Source: Candidatus Lloydbacteria bacterium
GTDB lineage: Bacteria; Patescibacteriota; Minisyncoccia; Phycocordibacterales; UBA6899
Direction: 5' to 3'
Assembly: GCA_043719805.1 (NCBI GenBank)
Contig: JAYSTI010000051.1
Location: forward strand, 36,816 to 100,815
DNA: 64,000 nucleotides
This document shows positions 58,760 through 64,000 of the stretch, piece by piece. Each line of letters opens with the position of its first letter. The first letter of the stretch is position 1. The position numbers were made by a program, and so were the translations under genes. The notes beneath the pieces are model-generated. The model was given only the letters and a program-made list of their open reading frames with translations. It searched no databases and was not told the DNA's origin.

Positions 58760-59011
58760 TTAGCCTGCCTTATGCCATTTCTTAGCATAAAGGTATTCAA
58801 AAATAGCGAGGGCGACAAGGCAAACGACCGCTGGCAATGCCACCTCCTTCTCGGTGTATTCTCCCTGAAAGAAAATGAGGACACAAACAACAAGCAGACC
58901 AACTGTTGAAATACCCAACTCCGTGAAATATCTGCGCCAATTGAACATTACAATCTCCTGAAAGGCGAACCTGCCTGTCAGTATGATAGCAGAAATATTT
59001 GCACTTGTCAA
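58760..59011 (-). CDS. hypothetical small membrane protein
   Basis: 83-aa ORF with two hydrophobic helices. Confidence 0.3.
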   Translation of the reverse strand: MTSANISAIILTGRFAFQEIVMFNWRRYFTELGISTVGLLVVCVLIFFQGEYTEKEVALPAVVCLVALAIFEYLYAKKWHKAG

Positions 59012-59041
59012 ACAAGGCAGCTATCTGTATAATGCCCCCGT

Positions 59042-60115
59042 ATGGCAAAAGACTATTACGAAATACTGGGTGTCCAAAAGAGCGCCACGAAGGAGGAGCT
59101 GAAAAAGGCATTCCACAAACTCGCACACAAATATCACCCTGACAAGGCTGGCGGGGACGAAAAGAAATTCAAAGAAATGAATGAGGCGTATCAAGTGCTC
59201 TCTGACGATTCAAAGCGTAGCCAGTACGACCAGTACGGCAGCGCATCATTCGACGGCGGACCACCACCCAGCAGTGGATTTGGTGGGCAGGGGCATGGTG
59301 GCTCGGGATTTGAGGGTGTGGACCTTGGGGATATTTTCAACGATTTCTTCGGTGCGGGATTTAATGGGGGAGGAGGACCTCGCGTTGAGCGCGGTCGTGA
59401 TATCTCCGTAGATATTGAAATTACCTTTGAAGAGAGCATCTTCGGTGCGAAGCGCAAAGTACTTCTCGGAAAAACATCGTCCTGTGATACTTGCCATGGA
59501 AGCGGGGCAAAGCCCGGTACGAAACTCAAAAAGTGCGCTACCTGTAGCGGCAAAGGTCGCGTCAATGAGCTACGCAAATCATTTCTTGGCACATTCTCCA
59601 CCGTAACAACTTGTAATGTGTGCCAAGGGGTAGGCGAAATTCCTGAAGAAAAATGCAAAACATGCTCCGGAATGGGTGTGGTCAAAAAACAAGAAGAAAT
59701 CGAGATCAATGTCCCCGTCGGCATCAACGCAGGAGAGATGTTGCGCATGAGCGGAAGGGGCGAGGCGGTTTCGCGCGGGATAGCGGGCGACCTATACATA
59801 AAGGTCCACGTGAAGCCCCACGCGCTCTACCATCGTGAAGGAAATAATCTTGTCATGAATCTCGACGTCAAACTTTCCGATGCGCTTCTTGGTGCGACGT
59901 ACAAAATTGTGGCCCTCGACGGCAAATCTCTTGATGTGAAAATTCCGGAAGGAGTGAAATTTGGAGACATACTGCGTCTCAAAGAAAAAGGAATCGCAAG
60001 TTCCGGTCGTATGCGTACCGGTGACACTCTCATTCACGTAAACATCAAAACCCCCACCCGTCTTTCCGGCAAAGCAAAAAAGTTAATTGAGGAACTGAAG
60101 CAAGAGGGGATGTGA
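59042..60115 (+). CDS. dnaJ: molecular chaperone DnaJ
   Basis: J-domain HPD (KYHPDKA), G/F-rich linker, four CxxCxGxG zinc-finger repeats. Confidence 0.9.
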   Translation: MAKDYYEILGVQKSATKEELKKAFHKLAHKYHPDKAGGDEKKFKEMNEAYQVLSDDSKRSQYDQYGSASFDGGPPPSSGFGGQGHGGSGFEGVDLGDIFNDFFGAGFNGGGGPRVERGRDISVDIEITFEESIFGAKRKVLLGKTSSCDTCHGSGAKPGTKLKKCATCSGKGRVNELRKSFLGTFSTVTTCNVCQGVGEIPEEKCKTCSGMGVVKKQEEIEINVPVGINAGEMLRMSGRGEAVSRGIAGDLYIKVHVKPHALYHREGNNLVMNLDVKLSDALLGATYKIVALDGKSLDVKIPEGVKFGDILRLKEKGIASSGRMRTGDTLIHVNIKTPTRLSGKAKKLIEELKQEGM

Positions 60116-60182
60116 GGCATTAAATTTTCCCAAATGCAGTTCATTTCTGTATAATGGGCTTAGTCGACACAATCGACGACAT

Positions 60183-61772
60183 ATGAACACATTAAAAAAA
60201 ACTAAGACGTCGCGTGAGAAAAAAATTATTGATATTGATGGGTCATCGCTTACCGTTGCTGACGTTTGGTCAATCATCGATTCGCCTCACGTAAAAGTGA
60301 CGGTAAAAAAGAATATTCACAATATCGTCGCATCATACAAATTTCTCCATGAACGTGCGCAGAACCAGATCATTTACGGAGTCAACACGGGCTTTGGGCC
60401 TATGGCATCACGCATTATCGATAAACATAGTCTTGCGCAATTGCAAAAGAACTTAGTTCGCTCTCATGCGAGTGGTGCGGGGGAGCCAATAAGGCAAGAT
60501 TACGTTCTTTCTTCAATGGTTATTCGATTGAATACCTTGGCGAAAGGTGTTTCGGGGGTTTCGCTTCCGCTCCTTCGTCAACTCGAAGCATTCATAAATC
60601 ACCGCATAATTCCGATTATTCCGGAGCATGGGGCCGTTGGTACGAGCGGTGACCTCGTACAACTCGCGCACATTGCGCTCACCCTCATAGGAGAAGGCGA
60701 GGTTTTTTACCGAGGAAAGCGGCAAGCAACAAAAAAAGTCCTCGCAAGGCTCAAGATCGCACCTTACGTACTTGAGATAAAGGAAGGAATTTCATTGATA
60801 AATGGGACATCGGTCATGGCGGGAATCTCAACCATTCTCCTTCGTGACGCACTCCGATTGACTTCGCTCTCAATTCACCTTGGCGCTTTTGCGCTTGAGA
60901 CTATTGGTGCATACAATGACAGCATCGCAAGCGAGCTACATGCTCTACGTCCACATCCGGGGCAACGTCAAACTGCGGCAACTTTGAGAAAACTTCTTCA
61001 TGACTCCAAGCGTCTGCGCGTCCGATATCCAAAAGGTGCACAGATGGACGCATTGCGGGACGAAACCTTTGCTGTTCCGAAGGCAATTCAAGACGTGTAT
61101 TCGTTCCGGTGTATTCCACAGGTAATTGGTCCTCTCGTCGATTCGGTCGCCCATGCGGAGGGAGTAATCAATATTGAGATAAACTCTGCAACCGACAATC
61201 CACTCATCAGTGTAAAACAAAAGCGTTTTCTCCACGGCGGTAACTTTCATGGCGACTATATCGCCACAATGATTGACCAGTTGAAAATACCAATAATTAA
61301 ATCTTCACTACTTTCGGAGCGTCGTACTAATTACCTTCTGGACGAAAATGTAAACGGTATTTTTTCGCCCTTTCTCAATCTCAATACACCCGGACTCACA
61401 CTTGCACTCCAGGGCCTACAGTTCGTTGCAACCTCGACCGTCGCCCAAAATCAAACATTTGCATACCCACATTCCATCCACACAATCTCCACGAACGGCT
61501 CAAATCAAGACATCGTCAGCATGGGCACTGATGCCGCACTCATACTCGCTCGGGTTATTGAAAATGTGTACATCGTCTATGCCATCGAACTCATCACACT
61601 ATTGCAAGCGTCAGATGTCATTAACGACAAAGAGAGCTATTCTAGTTCAAGCCAAAAACTCTATAGGGAGGCGAGAAAGATCTCGTCATTAGTTAAAGAA
61701 GACCGCTCTCTTGCTCCAGACGTAGCGCACATTGTAAGTTTTCTGAAAAAATTCGACTCAAAGAATAATTGA
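60183..61772 (+). CDS. MIO-type aromatic amino acid ammonia-lyase/aminomutase family protein (HAL/PAL family) with Thr-Ser-Gly at the MIO position
   Basis: GVNTGFGPMASRII, EHGAVGTSGDLVQLAHIALTLIGEGE, SLINGTS... colinear with histidine/phenylalanine ammonia-lyases. Confidence 0.8.
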   Translation: MNTLKKTKTSREKKIIDIDGSSLTVADVWSIIDSPHVKVTVKKNIHNIVASYKFLHERAQNQIIYGVNTGFGPMASRIIDKHSLAQLQKNLVRSHASGAGEPIRQDYVLSSMVIRLNTLAKGVSGVSLPLLRQLEAFINHRIIPIIPEHGAVGTSGDLVQLAHIALTLIGEGEVFYRGKRQATKKVLARLKIAPYVLEIKEGISLINGTSVMAGISTILLRDALRLTSLSIHLGAFALETIGAYNDSIASELHALRPHPGQRQTAATLRKLLHDSKRLRVRYPKGAQMDALRDETFAVPKAIQDVYSFRCIPQVIGPLVDSVAHAEGVINIEINSATDNPLISVKQKRFLHGGNFHGDYIATMIDQLKIPIIKSSLLSERRTNYLLDENVNGIFSPFLNLNTPGLTLALQGLQFVATSTVAQNQTFAYPHSIHTISTNGSNQDIVSMGTDAALILARVIENVYIVYAIELITLLQASDVINDKESYSSSSQKLYREARKISSLVKEDRSLAPDVAHIVSFLKKFDSKNN

Positions 61773-63343
61773 ACATGGCGAACCGACGTTCAAGCAAAAA
61801 TAGACAATCTCCAAAAAACTCCGCATGTTTTGCGAGCGACTTTGAGCACCCAAACGATATTCTTCATTTTTTTTCATTTGACATAGAGTCTTTTGAAAAG
61901 AGACTATCCAAGGAACCTGAAGAATATTGGCGCAACAAAGGAGTGAAAAAGGCCCTTGACCTTTTTCATGCTGCGGCAAAGAGAGTGCCAGCTTATAAAG
62001 ATTTTTTGAAAAAGCACAGAGTTCATCCAGGAAAAATCAAAACGATTCGTGATTTTCAAAGCGTACCGATAACCGACAAAAAAAATTACATTGAAAAATA
62101 TAGTCTACCAAACAGAATGTGGGACGGAAGGATGCCCAACAATGGGGTTATAGCAGCAAGCTCAGGAACGACCGGCACGCCAAAGTTTTGGCCTCGTAGT
62201 TTTTCGCAAGAGTTTGAGGCGGCGGTATTGCATGAGCTTATCTATCGAAATTTTTTTCACATCAGTCATTTAAAAACACTTCTCATTGTGGGTTTTCCAG
62301 TTGGGTTAAATGTTTCCGGAATGGCGACGGTGTTCCCAAGCTACCTTGTTGCGGCACGTGGCTACCCACTCACAGTTGCACCGATCGGAACAAACAAAGC
62401 AGAGATACTTCGCGTACTCGAGGCAACGCATGACTCCTACGATCAAGTTATCCTTGCGGCACATCCATTTTTTGCAAAGGATATCATGGAAAGCTATGTG
62501 AAGTCAGGGGCCAAAAAGCTTCGGGTACCTGTCAGATTTCTCTTTGCAAGTGAAGCGTTCGGTGAGACTTGGCGGGAATATCTTTTGTCATTTTCAACCG
62601 ATGTACACGCGACATCGGCTATGAGTGTGTACGGATGCGCCGACATGCTTCTTGTGGGCACTGAAACTCCACTAAGCATTAAAATCAAACGTCTTGCTGA
62701 AAATGACCAGGCATTTGCATTGGAGCTTTTTCAAAGACCAATTGTACCGGCCCTGTTTCAATATAACCCGCTTCTTCGATACGCAGAGTCAATAAATGGA
62801 AAATTACTCTTCACCTCGGCAAGCGGTGCCCCGCTTGTTCGCTTTAGCCCAGGAGATACTGGCACAGTGATTGCATATGAAGATGTGCTTAAGAAAACGA
62901 CAAGTATTGTATCGAGAAAAAATTTGTTCCGCGGAATACTTGACTGGAAACTTCCGTTTATTATGCTACACGGGAGAAGCGATTTTACGCTTCCTTTTTA
63001 TTTTGCCTTTATTGATCCAATCCACATCAAGCTCGCACTGGAACATTCGGAGTTTTTCGGAAAAATTACCGGAAAATTTACCCTGCGAAACCCAAGTCCA
63101 GGATCAGAAAAACAGACCCTCGAGATACATATCGAGTTAGGTGATGAAGTCAAAGGAGGGGAGGGACTGCGACGTTCACTCGGGCGAAGAGTCACTCAGT
63201 CGCTGCGAGAGCGTGACTACCGATATGAATATATGTGCAGCGTCTTAAAAAAGCATATTACTCCCAAAGTCACCCTCTGGCCGTATAAACATGACAAGTA
63301 TTTTAAGGCAGGTCAGAAACCAAAATATATTAGCGAAACATGA
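61769..63343 (+). CDS. PaaK-like adenylate-forming enzyme (phenylacetate-CoA ligase / F390 synthetase / CapK family)
   Basis: IAASSGTTGTPKFWPRS AMP-binding P-loop, RFSPGDTG; start overlaps upstream stop by 4 nt. Confidence 0.7.
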   Translation: MNMANRRSSKNRQSPKNSACFASDFEHPNDILHFFSFDIESFEKRLSKEPEEYWRNKGVKKALDLFHAAAKRVPAYKDFLKKHRVHPGKIKTIRDFQSVPITDKKNYIEKYSLPNRMWDGRMPNNGVIAASSGTTGTPKFWPRSFSQEFEAAVLHELIYRNFFHISHLKTLLIVGFPVGLNVSGMATVFPSYLVAARGYPLTVAPIGTNKAEILRVLEATHDSYDQVILAAHPFFAKDIMESYVKSGAKKLRVPVRFLFASEAFGETWREYLLSFSTDVHATSAMSVYGCADMLLVGTETPLSIKIKRLAENDQAFALELFQRPIVPALFQYNPLLRYAESINGKLLFTSASGAPLVRFSPGDTGTVIAYEDVLKKTTSIVSRKNLFRGILDWKLPFIMLHGRSDFTLPFYFAFIDPIHIKLALEHSEFFGKITGKFTLRNPSPGSEKQTLEIHIELGDEVKGGEGLRRSLGRRVTQSLRERDYRYEYMCSVLKKHITPKVTLWPYKHDKYFKAGQKPKYISET

Positions 63344-64000
63344 CAAAAGACAAACTATATCAGCAACTAAAAAAAGTAAAAGATGATAACACTTCCCGCC
63401 CCTTACTTTTTGATCTTTCTAAGTCAAAAGATCAAAAAAGGGTGGGGAGTCTCCTGAGTAAGGGAAAAATATTTCGTATCATTGACGAATACAAAACGCA
63501 GAGCAGAGAACATTTTGCTTTATCAAATCCCGGGCTGTTTCATGCTCGTAATTTTGAAAAAAAATTTGAAAATCATCTGAGTGCCCTTGGGGAAGAGGGA
63601 CCAATTACATGGCGTGGGAGGTGGGTTTATTATCCGTGGAATGGCACACTCGTCCACATTCTTGAAGAAAAAGAATATACGGAAGTTCGTACTGCCCGAA
63701 ATCGCTACCTCATTTCTGACACAGAGCAGAAAAAGTTTTATGCGACTTGCGTGTCTATCGCCGGTCTTTCAGTTGGCTATAGCATTTTACTAGCAATCGT
63801 TCTCGAGGGTGGATGTCGTCGCATTAAACTTGCTGATGGCGACAACCTTGATCTTTCGAACATGAACCGTATTCCAGTCGGAGTCGAAAATATTGGCCTT
63901 CATAAAACACATCTTGCCGCTCGGCAAATCTATGCGATAAACCCATATGCGAAAATCGAGCTATTTTCAAAGGGGATTAATAAAAATAATCTAAATAAAT
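63340..64000 (+). CDS. ThiF/E1-like adenylyltransferase-fold protein with N-terminal extension, 3' partial (runs off window)
   Basis: ATGA overlap with previous gene; frame open to window end; Rossmann IAGLSVGYSILLAIVLEGGCRRIKLADGDNLDLSNMNRIPVG typical of ThiF/MoeB/E1 family. Confidence 0.6.
   Translation, partial: MTKDKLYQQLKKVKDDNTSRPLLFDLSKSKDQKRVGSLLSKGKIFRIIDEYKTQSREHFALSNPGLFHARNFEKKFENHLSALGEEGPITWRGRWVYYPWNGTLVHILEEKEYTEVRTARNRYLISDTEQKKFYATCVSIAGLSVGYSILLAIVLEGGCRRIKLADGDNLDLSNMNRIPVGVENIGLHKTHLAARQIYAINPYAKIELFSKGINKNNLNK

Noticed and set aside
59191-59799. 202-aa minus-strand ORF inside dnaJ
   Set aside because: Antisense to dnaJ zinc-finger region; Pro/Ser-rich artefact

Overview
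The window reads as a chromosomal segment of a moderate-GC bacterium with a streamlined genome and standard genetic code. TAA, TAG and TGA are all used as stops, and no TGA recoding is evident. The overall gene content suggests a Patescibacteria/CPR-like organism; this is inference only.

The housekeeping backbone is almost entirely on the + strand:
- ATP synthase genes atpA (5' partial), atpG, atpD and atpC, with an extra acidic ORF between atpG and atpD.
- metK preceded by a SAM-I riboswitch.
- ychF, leuS, mltG, murC, mnmA, an FKBP isomerase, mgtC, galU, a CDF transporter, pyrH, tsaC and alaS.
- The ribosomal/RNA polymerase cluster infA-rpmJ-rpsM-rpsK-rpsD-rpoA-rplQ followed by rplM-rpsI, then grpE-dnaK ... 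dnaJ.

Accessory content sits between these blocks:
- A Sec-signal-bearing Hcp-like protein, a 1385-aa surface protein with InlB-B-type repeats, a CAP-domain membrane protein and a redox-dead DipZ-like thioredoxin.
- A PIN-PhoH (PhoH2) ATPase.
- A PAS histidine kinase followed by three tandem receiver-only response regulators.
- A sigma70-region-4/HARE-HTH fusion, an ATP-cone restriction-endonuclease-like protein and a catalytically degenerate PLD-family protein.
- An actin-fold ATPase paired with a single-TM protein.
- Two GC-richer mini-islands of small membrane-protein genes on the minus strand, one splitting dnaK from dnaJ.
- At the 3' end, a translationally coupled cassette: an MIO-type ammonia-lyase/aminomutase, a PaaK-like adenylating ligase and a ThiF/E1-like enzyme.

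No rRNA, tRNA, CRISPR array, transposase or integrase was recognised. One ribosomal gene missing from the ORF track (rpmJ, 37 aa) was found by reading the sequence.
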